From positions 1,430 to 65,429 of the forward strand of contig CAZNJK010000005.1 in NCBI GenBank assembly GCA_964573405.1: DNA of 64,000 nt. Direction: 5' to 3'. Of this stretch, positions 29,148 through 38,081 are shown one piece after another. Position 1 is the first letter of the stretch, and each line of letters opens with the position of its first letter. The notes under the pieces are model-generated. The model searched no databases. It was not told the origin of the DNA and was given only the letters and a program-made list of their open reading frames with translations. Origin of the DNA: an uncultured Christensenella sp. (GTDB taxonomy: Bacteria; Bacillota; Clostridia; Christensenellales; UBA1242). The position numbers and the translations under genes were made by a program.

Positions 29148-29170
29148 GAAAATTTTAAGGAGAAAGAAAA

Positions 29171-31777
29171 ATGTTAGAAAAGAATTATAATCCGTCGTCT
29201 TTCGAAAAGGATTTGTACAATAATTGGTTGGAGAAAAAATATTTTAGTTCGTTCCCTAACCCAAACAAGAAAAAATTTAGTATATCAATGCCTCCGCTTA
29301 ATGTTACGGGTAAAGCACATATGGGGCACGCACTTAACAACACCATTCAAGATACCCTTATTAGATTAAAACGAATGAAGGGCTATGAAACATTGTGGGT
29401 TCCAGGCACCGACCACGCAGCCCTAGCAACCGAAGAAGTTATGGTAAGAGCACTTGCAAAAGAAGGGAAAACAAAAGAGAGTATCGGAAGAGAAGCATTC
29501 CTTCAATTTGGAAACGAGTGGTTTGAGAAATATAGTCACACAATATGCGACCAATTAAAATCAATCGGGGTGAGTTGTGATTGGGATAGACAAGCATTCA
29601 CAATGGACGACAATCTTAACGAAGCGGTTAGATATGTATTTGTAAAGTACTTCAAAGAAGGGCTTATATATAAAGGCAAAAGAGTGGTAAATTATTGCCC
29701 TTGCTGTAAAACATCAATTAGCGACAACGAGAATGTGTATGTTGACCAAAATACATTTTTGTGGCATATCCGCTATCCATTTGCTGACGGCAGTGGAGAG
29801 ATAATAGTTGCAACAACCAGACCAGAAACAATGTTTGGCGACACGGCAGTTGCGGTTAATCCTAAAGACCCAAGATATAGCGACAAAATAGGAAAGGACC
29901 TAATTTTGCCACTTACTAATCGCACAATCAAACTAATTGGCGATGACTACTGCGAAATGGATTTTGGTACTGGTGCGGTAAAAATAACCCCAGCCCATGA
30001 CCCTAATGACTACGAAGTATGCTTGCGTCACAACCTTGACATCATTACATGTATTGATGATAGTGGCAACCTAAACGAGATTGCGGGCAAATTTAAAGGG
30101 CTAGATAGAGTTACTGCTCGTAAAGAAATTGAGAAAGAACTAAAGGAACAAGGCTTCTTAGTTAAAGTTGAAAAATATTCAAATAAAGTAGGAACTTGTG
30201 ACCGTTGTGGCACAATGACCGAGCCTAAAATCAGTACGCAATGGTTTGTAAAAATGGGCGAACTAGCAAAACCAGCCATTGATGCGGTTAAGAATGGCGA
30301 AATAAAATTTGTACCAAAAAAATACGAAAAGACCTACTTAAACTGGCTAAACAACATTAAAGATTGGTGCATAAGTCGACAAATTTGGCTAGGTCACCGC
30401 ATTCCAGTATTTTACTGCGACGAGTGTGGCGAAGTAATATGTGAAAATACCGACCCTACAGTATGTCCAAAGTGCGGAAGCACTCACTTGACCCAAGATA
30501 GCGATGTTTTGGATACTTGGTTTAGTAGTGCATTGTGGCCATTTAGTACACTGGGCTATCCAAAAGAAACGGAAGAAATGAAATATTATTTCCCTACAGA
30601 TGTTCTTGTTACTGGCTACGATATTATCACATTCTGGGTTTCTAAAATGGTATTTAGTAGTTTACATTTTACTGGCAAAATTCCTTTCAAAGATGTTCTT
30701 ATTAACGGAATTGTTAGAGATGCAAAAGGTGTAAAAATGAGTAAGCACCTAGGCAACGGAATTGACCCTATGGACCTAATCGACACCTACGGAGTAGACG
30801 CACTTCGTTGGTCGCTAATATATGGAATGAGTATGGGCACAGATATTAAGTATTCGACCGACAAAACAAAAGATGCTAAGATTTTCATCAACAAAATTTG
30901 GAATGCTGGGCAGTATGTTTTGTCAAAAGTTTCGAGTGAAGAGATTTTGCCTATAGATAAAGTTAAATTATCGCTTGCAGATAAATGGATAATTAGCGAA
31001 CTTAATACACTTATAAAAGAAACAAATAAGAAATACGACAAGTACGAACTTGGCAATGTTGCAAATGATTTGTACGATTTCTTCTGGGGAAAATTCTGCG
31101 ACTGGTATATAGAAATGAGCAAAGTTAGTGACGATAAGTCGGCGACAGCATCGGTACTGAACTATGTATTTACTACATTATTGAAATTGCTTCACCCAAT
31201 CATTCCTTTTGTTACGGAAAAAATATATTTAGAACTTCCAAATCACGAAGGAACAATTATGTTAAGCGAATATCCAAAATACAACAAAAAGTATGAGTTT
31301 GAAAGCGAACATACTAAGATGGAACTACTACTTGATATAATCCGTCAAATTCGTGGAGTAAGGGCAGAGATGAAAGTTGCTGACAACGTAAAAACTAATT
31401 TGTTGGTAATGCCACTAAGCGACAAAGAAATGGTGGAGAGCAACCTAAGAGTGATAGAAAAACTTTCCAATTCCAAAGAAATAAAACTTATAACTAGCGA
31501 AAGTGAAATTGCGGAAGAATGCACATCATTAGTAAATACGCTTATAAAAGCATTTATTCCATCAAGTAGTCTAGTAGATGTAGAAAAAGAAAAAATCCGC
31601 CTAACTCAAGAACTTGAGAAAGCGGAAAGTGAAATTAAAAGAGCAGAGGGCAAACTTAACAATCAAGGTTTTGTTGCTAAAGCCCCAGCAAATCTAGTTG
31701 AAGAAGAAAAACTAAAAATTGAAAAATACACAAATATAAAACAAAATCTACTTATTGCGCTAGATAAACTAAAATAA
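29171..31777 (+). CDS. valS: Valine--tRNA ligase
   Basis: 868 aa with a HIGH-type motif (GKAHMGHA), KMSKH, the editing domain, and a C-terminal coiled coil. Confidence 0.97.
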   Translation: MLEKNYNPSSFEKDLYNNWLEKKYFSSFPNPNKKKFSISMPPLNVTGKAHMGHALNNTIQDTLIRLKRMKGYETLWVPGTDHAALATEEVMVRALAKEGKTKESIGREAFLQFGNEWFEKYSHTICDQLKSIGVSCDWDRQAFTMDDNLNEAVRYVFVKYFKEGLIYKGKRVVNYCPCCKTSISDNENVYVDQNTFLWHIRYPFADGSGEIIVATTRPETMFGDTAVAVNPKDPRYSDKIGKDLILPLTNRTIKLIGDDYCEMDFGTGAVKITPAHDPNDYEVCLRHNLDIITCIDDSGNLNEIAGKFKGLDRVTARKEIEKELKEQGFLVKVEKYSNKVGTCDRCGTMTEPKISTQWFVKMGELAKPAIDAVKNGEIKFVPKKYEKTYLNWLNNIKDWCISRQIWLGHRIPVFYCDECGEVICENTDPTVCPKCGSTHLTQDSDVLDTWFSSALWPFSTLGYPKETEEMKYYFPTDVLVTGYDIITFWVSKMVFSSLHFTGKIPFKDVLINGIVRDAKGVKMSKHLGNGIDPMDLIDTYGVDALRWSLIYGMSMGTDIKYSTDKTKDAKIFINKIWNAGQYVLSKVSSEEILPIDKVKLSLADKWIISELNTLIKETNKKYDKYELGNVANDLYDFFWGKFCDWYIEMSKVSDDKSATASVLNYVFTTLLKLLHPIIPFVTEKIYLELPNHEGTIMLSEYPKYNKKYEFESEHTKMELLLDIIRQIRGVRAEMKVADNVKTNLLVMPLSDKEMVESNLRVIEKLSNSKEIKLITSESEIAEECTSLVNTLIKAFIPSSSLVDVEKEKIRLTQELEKAESEIKRAEGKLNNQGFVAKAPANLVEEEKLKIEKYTNIKQNLLIALDKLK

Positions 31778-31790
31778 GCAATATTTAAAG

Positions 31791-31823
31791 AAAAAACAAG
31801 CAATTTAATTTGCTTGTTTTTTT
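31791..31823. terminator. Intrinsic terminator after valS (symmetric A/T flanks)
   Basis: Stem CAAGCAA / TTGCTTG, flanked by an A6 run and a T7 run. Confidence 0.8.
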
Positions 31824-31949
31824 ATCTTTAATTAAAAATTCAAAGACTAAATTTCATATTTTTAATTTTTTACTTGTATAATTGATATTAACTTAATCAA
31901 AAATCAATAAATTTAACTTATTAAAATTCGATTTCTATAAAGTGCGACA

Positions 31950-32201
31950 TTATTGTTGATGTTCGGCTTTGTATTTTTTTAATGCTTGTGCTAATTGGTC
32001 AGGGCAAGATGTGGTAGGTCGGCATTTTATTCCTTCTAGCCTAGATATTACTTCATCAATGTCCATTCCTTCCACTAATTTGCATATTCCGGTCGTATTG
32101 CCCATACAACCGCCTATAAATTTAACATCTCTTAATTTGTTGTCAACCACATCAAAAAGAATTGCTTGACTACACACTCCGCTAGTTTTGTACTGATACA
32201 T
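31950..32201 (-). CDS. TSCPD domain protein (TIGR03905-like, four conserved Cys)
   Basis: 83 aa with GGCMGN, GICKL and the literal TSCPDQLAQAL motif. Confidence 0.75.
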   Translation of the reverse strand: MYQYKTSGVCSQAILFDVVDNKLRDVKFIGGCMGNTTGICKLVEGMDIDEVISRLEGIKCRPTTSCPDQLAQALKKYKAEHQQ

Positions 32202-32218
32202 ATTTTATTCTCCTTATA

Positions 32219-32755
32219 TTAATTGTCGATTACTGTGTCATATAGATATTCAAAAACATTAGGCGCATTATCTCGCCACTTTTTGCAAGTTGCAATTGCG
32301 GTGTGTCGAGTAGGGGTCTTTAATTTAATTTCGAGTAATGAATTGGGAATCATTGGCTCCTTTATTTTCAAAATCACACTATATGACCCGTCTTCGTTCT
32401 TCTTGTATTCGCTTACATATTCTTGAGTCCGCTTAAAGTTCATTCGGTTGTCTTTTGCAAAGTTTGTTATCTCTTCTCTAAGGCTTTGTGGAATTCTTTG
32501 AAAAAAGTGGCTTAGGCAGTTTCGCCCATCGTAGGTGATGCCGTATCGCTCTTCTTCCAACTCTCCATCGGTCTTAAATATGTAGCCCACATCAAGCAAT
32601 TGCCAAAGTACTTCCTTGCAGTCCATATAGTTAAGCCAAGTATTACGGCTTGTGCATATGTCGATTATGCTATTTTCCGTCAAAGGAATCTCCATCTTGT
32701 CGAGCAAGAAAAGAAGTTTGAGTTTGTTTGATGTGCTATCAATCATAAAGTCCAT
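32219..32755 (-). CDS. DUF4364-like putative winged-helix regulator
   Basis: The N-terminal KLKLLFLLDKMEIPLTENSIIDI pattern resembles DUF4364/PadR-like proteins. The ATG at 32755 follows GGAGAA. An upstream in-frame TTG at 32767 is possible. Confidence 0.55.
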   Translation of the reverse strand: MDFMIDSTSNKLKLLFLLDKMEIPLTENSIIDICTSRNTWLNYMDCKEVLWQLLDVGYIFKTDGELEEERYGITYDGRNCLSHFFQRIPQSLREEITNFAKDNRMNFKRTQEYVSEYKKNEDGSYSVILKIKEPMIPNSLLEIKLKTPTRHTAIATCKKWRDNAPNVFEYLYDTVIDN

Positions 32756-32792
32756 AGTTTTCTCCAAATGTGCATTATTCTAATTCTACAAT

Positions 32793-32821
32793 AGTATAAC
32801 ATCATTTGAAAAAATTTACAA
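32793..32821 (-). promoter_or_regulatory. Promoter of the DUF4364-like/TSCPD genes
   Basis: On the minus strand: TTGTAA, 17-nt spacer ending in TGt, TATACT. Confidence 0.5.
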
Positions 32822-32852
32822 ATATTAATAATAAAAATATATTTATAATTAT

Positions 32853-32881
32853 TTGCATAAATTTGGAAAAAGCAATATAAT
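32853..32881 (+). promoter_or_regulatory. Promoter of the 268-aa hypothetical gene
   Basis: TTGCAT (32853-32858), 17-nt spacer, TATAAT (32876-32881). Confidence 0.55.
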
Positions 32882-32907
32882 AAAACTAAAACATAGGAGA
32901 AAGAATA

Positions 32908-33714
32908 ATGACCGAATTTAGTGATGTAGAGAAGAAGAATATAAAAAGTTTCTTTGTCGCTTGCGATGAGATGATTAATGGCAGATTTATTTTGTCCGAT
33001 ATTAAAATTGCGAAAATTCTTAATTCCATTGCAAATAGCGGAGTTTTGTACGACCTTTTTGCGAAGTGTATGATTGACTTCAACTATAAGTTGGAATTTA
33101 GGAATGCCAAAGTCAACAATAAAGTCAATGGCGGATATTTTGTGTTGCCTAACGACGAAAAACGAATTATTGCACTTGTATTTTGCTTCCTTATAGATGT
33201 TGACAACAACCGCATTAATCTCCAAAACTTTATTAACGAGAATTTTTATTCCGCAGACGGATACAATATAAGTTATAGCAACTTTTCACTTAATGTGCTT
33301 GTTCCTTTCAAAAATAGCGTGTCTAACTTGCTAGGAGTTAATGAAAATGGCGAAGATGTAGGCTCAATTGATGACGGAAGTGAGCAGATGGTGATGGATG
33401 GCATCGATGAAGAAACTGAATCTAGCGAAACACCAACGATGACAAGACAAGGCGAAATCAATCTTCGTTATGCTGACTTTTTGCGAGCCCTTAACCAACT
33501 TTATAGCGCCGTTAAAAAGCACCCAAAATTGAAAGAAGACAAGCGAAGCGAACTTATAATCATCATTAAAGCCATTAAAGAAGCGGTCACAATTGAAAAA
33601 TTGATATTCATTAATGCACTTATTATCCCGCTAGAATACTCAATTAGTAAGGATAAGTATCTTAAGAATTACTACAACGACCTTAAAGTGTGCTTAATGA
33701 ATTTTTACGAATAA
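32908..33714 (+). CDS. Hypothetical protein, 268 aa (no recognisable family)
   Basis: RBS AGGAGAAAG. An N-terminal ~150-aa domain, an acidic linker (GEDVGSIDDGSEQMVMDGIDEETESSE), and a C-terminal helical ~90 aa. Confidence 0.6.
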   Translation: MTEFSDVEKKNIKSFFVACDEMINGRFILSDIKIAKILNSIANSGVLYDLFAKCMIDFNYKLEFRNAKVNNKVNGGYFVLPNDEKRIIALVFCFLIDVDNNRINLQNFINENFYSADGYNISYSNFSLNVLVPFKNSVSNLLGVNENGEDVGSIDDGSEQMVMDGIDEETESSETPTMTRQGEINLRYADFLRALNQLYSAVKKHPKLKEDKRSELIIIIKAIKEAVTIEKLIFINALIIPLEYSISKDKYLKNYYNDLKVCLMNFYE

Positions 33715-33717
33715 GAC

Positions 33718-34677
33718 CTAAAGGAATATCGCCCCAACAATTAACGCAAGAATCACCGAAATAATGGTTTGCGTGATTTTTGAGAGAAAATAAAATCTAA
33801 GCGAAATCTTGAATTTGCTTAAAAAAGAAAGTGCTTGAGTAAATATACTTACTCCGCCAAAACTAATAAGTGCGGTCGCAATCGCTAAAACTTGTCTATT
33901 TGACAATGCTAGTTTCGATAAGTCTAAGCACCCGCGAGTCATCTCAATTAAGCCATTTACAATCGAGTTGCAAATTGATATGTCGCACCTTAATAATAGT
34001 GATAAAAACTTGCAGAATGGATACAATATATTGTAGTTGTTGAGCATAGATATAAGCATATAAAATAGGGCAATATATCCGCCTACAACAAGTACGCTTT
34101 TAATGGAATTAAACATATTGTCTTCTAGTGGGTTTTGCTTGCTAAATGTGGCGATGTGGCTAGGGTAGTTGTTCAAGAATGTGTTTCTATAAATTAGACC
34201 ATTGAGCCCCGCACCAACGATGTGGCAAAGTAGTATTAAATATCCCAACTTTGCACTTCCAAACATTCCAATTCCGACCGTCCCAATTATGAAAAGTGGT
34301 CCGCTAGTGGATGTAAAAGTGGTGATTTTGTGGGCTTGTCCACGAGAGATTAAGCCATTTTCATAAAGTTCGGCAGTTGTCTTTGCACCTACGGGATACC
34401 CCGAAATGATGCTCATAGCATATATGTAGCCACTTATCCCATCAGTTTTGAAAAGGCGAGTGGTGATTGGAGCGAAGAACTTGCCGATTTTTTGCACAAA
34501 TCCAAGACTCAAAAGTAGCGATGTTAAGAAGAAAAATGGCAGTAGTGATGGAAGAACGGCATTAGCCCACAATTTAATCCCGCCTAGACACGAGTCGATG
34601 TTTGTCTTTGGGTCGATGATTAACAATATTATAACTAAAATAATAAGTATGGATAAATAATTATTTTTATTTTTCAA
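33718..34677 (-). CDS. ylbJ: Sporulation integral membrane protein YlbJ-like (nucleoside-recognition/Gate domain)
   Basis: GGIKLWANAVLPSLLPFFFLTSLL matches the YlbJ N-terminal Gate motif. TTG start after AAAGGGG. Shorter (319 aa) than B. subtilis YlbJ. Confidence 0.65.
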   Translation of the reverse strand: MKNKNNYLSILIILVIILLIIDPKTNIDSCLGGIKLWANAVLPSLLPFFFLTSLLLSLGFVQKIGKFFAPITTRLFKTDGISGYIYAMSIISGYPVGAKTTAELYENGLISRGQAHKITTFTSTSGPLFIIGTVGIGMFGSAKLGYLILLCHIVGAGLNGLIYRNTFLNNYPSHIATFSKQNPLEDNMFNSIKSVLVVGGYIALFYMLISMLNNYNILYPFCKFLSLLLRCDISICNSIVNGLIEMTRGCLDLSKLALSNRQVLAIATALISFGGVSIFTQALSFLSKFKISLRFYFLSKITQTIISVILALIVGAIFL

Positions 34678-34733
34678 AAATAGCCCCTTTATGATATTTA
34701 ATCATAATATTATATTAAAATGGAGATTAATAT

Positions 34734-35525
34734 ATGAAAAAACCAAAAGTTGCCTTAGTTTTGAGCGGTGGCGGAGCATTAGGATTTGCCCATGTAGGAG
34801 TTATAGATGTGCTTCAAAAAAACAATATAAAAATTGACCTAATAGTCGGCACTAGTATGGGTGCTGTGGTTGGTGGAGCCGTTGCAAGTGGCGTAAAATG
34901 TGAGTATATAGAAAAAGTTGCGTCCGAAATGAAAACTAGCCATTTGCTAGATATAAATTTCCCGTTTAAAGGGCTTTTCTCTGGCAAAGGTGCGATGAAA
35001 TTTCTAAACAAACATATTCCAGATATTGATATGAAGGATACAACAATTCCATTTATCTGTAATGCGGTTGATTTACACTCCAACAAAGAAGTTGTGCTTA
35101 GGGACGGAAAATTGATAGACAATATACGAGCATCTATGAGTGTCCCCGGAATATTTAACCCGGTAAAAATGGGGGATATGCTACTAGTCGATGGCGGAGT
35201 TATGAACAATATGGCTCACGACATCGCTCGACAAGAAGGGGCGGATATTGTCATTGCTGTAGATGTTGTGACTAATTCAGTATTGCCGAATAAAGTAAAA
35301 AATGTAATACAAACAATCGTCCAAGCAAGCCTAATTACTCAAAAGGAATTGCAAAAGAACAAGAAAAAATACTACAACGTACTTATTCAGCCCGACCTTG
35401 GTGAGCGTAGACAAACTGATTATTCGGGCGAAACTTGTAGAGAAATAATTGAATTAGGAAGAATTGCAACCGTTGAGAAAATCCCAAAGATTAAAGAACT
35501 TATCAATAATTTTAGAAAAGACTAA
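34734..35525 (+). CDS. Patatin-like phospholipase (YlbK-like)
   Basis: GGGALGFAHVGV oxyanion motif, GTSMGA nucleophile elbow, DGG catalytic Asp motif. Confidence 0.88.
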   Translation: MKKPKVALVLSGGGALGFAHVGVIDVLQKNNIKIDLIVGTSMGAVVGGAVASGVKCEYIEKVASEMKTSHLLDINFPFKGLFSGKGAMKFLNKHIPDIDMKDTTIPFICNAVDLHSNKEVVLRDGKLIDNIRASMSVPGIFNPVKMGDMLLVDGGVMNNMAHDIARQEGADIVIAVDVVTNSVLPNKVKNVIQTIVQASLITQKELQKNKKKYYNVLIQPDLGERRQTDYSGETCREIIELGRIATVEKIPKIKELINNFRKD

Positions 35526-35558
35526 TTGCTATTTTCAAAAAATAATTTGGGAAATATG

Positions 35559-35585
35559 AAGAAGACTAAGTTTTCTTCTTTTTTT
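35559..35585 (+). terminator. Intrinsic terminator after the patatin gene
   Basis: Stem AAGAAGA / TCTTCTT with an 8-nt loop, then a T-run. Confidence 0.6.
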
Positions 35586-35590
35586 AAACA

Positions 35591-35621
35591 AAAAAAAGAA
35601 CCGAAAATCTTCGGTTCTTTT
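35591..35621. terminator. Bidirectional intrinsic terminator (serves tmcAL on the minus strand)
   Basis: 8-bp stem GAACCGAA / TTCGGTTC with a 4-nt loop, flanked by an A7 run and a T-run. Confidence 0.75.
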
Positions 35622-35631
35622 ATATGAATTA

Positions 35632-36885
35632 TTAATATTTAATAGTTTTTGTAAGTAGGTCAGGTGCATATTTTGGAACAATCTTCGACTTTTTAAGTAA
35701 AAGGTTGTAAAAAGCATTTGCCCTATCTTCAATTCCAGCAAGTTGCTTGTAAAATTCGCTAGGATTTTTCACGACATTGTTGTTTCTTACAATCAAATCG
35801 GTGTCGGCATTAACTTCGCTTAGTAGGTCAGGGTTTGCACTGCTAAATCCCAAGACCTTTATGTATGGCATTTTGTCAATCTCATATATTTTTTCAATAA
35901 CCGACTTATCAATATCCAGCGCAAGTCTTAAAACAATCCTTTTTAGTCTTGTGTAAGTGTATCGTTTTGACTTCACACTAAGAAGTACTTCATTAAGCAC
36001 TTTTTTGTCTTTACAGCACTCAATAAATCTATTTTCAAGCCCTTCGCTTACATCATATATATTCTGGATTTTTTCCTTGCTTGCGGTTTTTAATGAAAAC
36101 ATACATATGTCATTAAATAATTCTTGACTTGGAAGCCCAAAATCTTTCAAATGCGCTTTAAGAAGCGAATAGGAGAACTTAGGAATTAATTTCTTAATTT
36201 TTCTAGGCTTTTGAGTCTTTAAAAGTTTGCTTCTTATTGCAGTAGCGGAAGTGTCTTTTCCGTTAATGTCTTCGCTATGATAATCACTACATTCCCTTGC
36301 TACAAATACGGGTTCAATGCTACTATTTGTCTTTATAAGTGCCTTCAAATATTCTAGTGCAAGTATGTTATTAGGCTTTTGCAATGCGTCAATGGTGTCG
36401 GTAATATTTGTAAAGTTAACCTTGCCTTCTTTTACAAGTTGTTCAATTGTAAGTTGTCGGCTAAGCACCATAGAATTGCCTTCGTCTAGGTATTTTTTCA
36501 AAGTGTCTTTAAATTCTTGTGGCTCTTTTGCAAGATACTCGGCAAGTTCTTTCAATAGTTCAAAGTTTTGACTCTCGCACCCAAATGCTAAGTGAGTAAC
36601 ATTCTTAAAACTATTTGCGATTTTTACTCCGGCAAGTGCATATATCTCGGCAGAAGAACAAGCGTAAGCAGTAGGCATTTGCACAACAATATCGGCGCCA
36701 CCTTTAAGTGCCATACTAGCCCTAACAAACTTGTCGGCAATAGTAGGCTCAGCACGTTGGGTGAAATTGCCACACATAATGCAAAGCACCGCATCGCAAC
36801 CGCTTAATTCTTTCGCTTTTTGAATGTGATACCAATGCCCGAAATGGAATGGATTGTATTCACATATAATTGCACAAATTTTCAT
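35632..36885 (-). CDS. tmcAL: tRNA(Met) cytidine acetate ligase TmcAL (YlbM, UPF0348)
   Basis: MKICAIICEYNPFHFGHWYHI nucleotidyltransferase motif. The ATG at 36885 follows AAAGGTG. The upstream extension of the track ORF is intergenic. Confidence 0.85.
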   Translation of the reverse strand: MKICAIICEYNPFHFGHWYHIQKAKELSGCDAVLCIMCGNFTQRAEPTIADKFVRASMALKGGADIVVQMPTAYACSSAEIYALAGVKIANSFKNVTHLAFGCESQNFELLKELAEYLAKEPQEFKDTLKKYLDEGNSMVLSRQLTIEQLVKEGKVNFTNITDTIDALQKPNNILALEYLKALIKTNSSIEPVFVARECSDYHSEDINGKDTSATAIRSKLLKTQKPRKIKKLIPKFSYSLLKAHLKDFGLPSQELFNDICMFSLKTASKEKIQNIYDVSEGLENRFIECCKDKKVLNEVLLSVKSKRYTYTRLKRIVLRLALDIDKSVIEKIYEIDKMPYIKVLGFSSANPDLLSEVNADTDLIVRNNNVVKNPSEFYKQLAGIEDRANAFYNLLLKKSKIVPKYAPDLLTKTIKY

Positions 36886-36917
36886 AACAACACCTTTAAA
36901 ATTAAGTTTACTTTTTC

Positions 36918-36992
36918 TTGCAAATAATATATCATATTTCCGATAACAATTTGCAAGTATATTATACACTATCCATAGTTTATTTGCAAATA
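36918..36992. promoter_or_regulatory. Three TTGCAA-core palindromic boxes spaced exactly 33 bp apart in the tmcAL/pta divergent intergenic region
   Basis: TTGCAAATA at 36918, TTGCAAGTA at 36951, TTGCAAATA at 36984. The third sits in a perfect 12-bp palindrome, TATTTGCAAATA. Confidence 0.4.
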
Positions 36993-37016
36993 AAATTAAA
37001 GGAATAAGGAGCGAAT

Positions 37017-38000
37017 ATGGATTTTAATAAATTATCAGCATTAGAAAAAGGCTGGATAAATAGGGCAAAAGAGCAAAATAGAACAATAGTTTTGCCAGAA
37101 GCAGGATTTTCTGAGCGAACAGTACTAGCGGGAATCGAGTGTGCGTCGGACCTTTGCGACATCGTGCTACTTGTGAAAGATGACAACGAACTTAAAGGAT
37201 ATGATTTGAACAATCCAAGAATTAAGGTTGTTAATATAACAAATCACGAACTTACGCCTATTGTGGAAAATGCATACTATCTAAAAAGACAACACAAGGG
37301 CATTAGTATGGAAGATGCGAAAAAAGAAGTACAAAATGTGTATATCTATGGTGCAATGATGGTTGACTTAGGTCTAGTGGACGGAATGGTCGCAGGTGCA
37401 GAAGCCCCATCAAAGGAAGTATTTGGCTCTGCATTCAAGACGGTAAAAGCAAAAAATGGCAAAGCGTCTAGTTTCTTCGTAATGATTCCAAATAATGACA
37501 ACGACAAGGCTTTTGTGTTGTCCGATTGTGGAGTTATGCTTGACCCAAATAGTGAAGAACTTTCCGACATAGCCATTCAAAGTGCCGAGAGTTTTAGACA
37601 ATTTGTGGGGGGAGAACCTAAAGTTGCAATGCTAAGTTATAGCACATTGGGAAGTGCAGAAGGCGATAGCGCCCTAAAAGTGCGTGAAGCGGTTGAGATT
37701 TTGAAAGGGAAGGGCGTTGACTTCGTGTTCGATGGCGAAATCCAATTAGACGCATCTATCGACAAGAATGTTGCAAAGAAAAAATGTCCAAATTCACCAC
37801 TTAAAGGCGATGCAAATGTCCTAGTATTCCCAGACCTACAAAGCGGAAATATCGGCTACAAGTTGATGCAGAGATTTGGCGGTTTTAAAGCGGTAGGGCC
37901 AATTATTCAAGGATTAAATAAGCCAATTAACGACCTAAGTCGTGGCACTACGGTCGATGAGATTGTACTAGCCGTTGCAATTACAATTTTGCAAATTTAA
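37017..38000 (+). CDS. pta: Phosphate acetyltransferase
   Basis: 327-aa short-form Pta with DGMVAGA, LSYSTLGSA and the GPIIQGLNKPINDLSRG C-terminal motif. Confidence 0.93.
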   Translation: MDFNKLSALEKGWINRAKEQNRTIVLPEAGFSERTVLAGIECASDLCDIVLLVKDDNELKGYDLNNPRIKVVNITNHELTPIVENAYYLKRQHKGISMEDAKKEVQNVYIYGAMMVDLGLVDGMVAGAEAPSKEVFGSAFKTVKAKNGKASSFFVMIPNNDNDKAFVLSDCGVMLDPNSEELSDIAIQSAESFRQFVGGEPKVAMLSYSTLGSAEGDSALKVREAVEILKGKGVDFVFDGEIQLDASIDKNVAKKKCPNSPLKGDANVLVFPDLQSGNIGYKLMQRFGGFKAVGPIIQGLNKPINDLSRGTTVDEIVLAVAITILQI

Positions 38001-38081
38001 AAAAGTATAAGCATTGTCTTGACTTTTTTAGGTGAAAAAGAGTAAAATTATATTAGTTTAAAAAATTTAAGGAGATTATAA

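Noticed and set aside
28838-29170. Possible T-box riboswitch in the valS leader.
   Set aside because: I found no T-box consensus (AANNNGGGUGGUACCGCG-like) upstream of the terminator and no recognisable Stem I specifier architecture. The region reads as an RBS-preceded ORF instead. A covariance-model scan would be decisive.
32743-33225. 160-aa minus-strand ORF spanning the DUF4364/hypothetical intergenic region.
   Set aside because: It overlaps both divergent promoters and the 5' part of the better-supported plus-strand gene (32908-33714). It has no RBS and an implausible composition.
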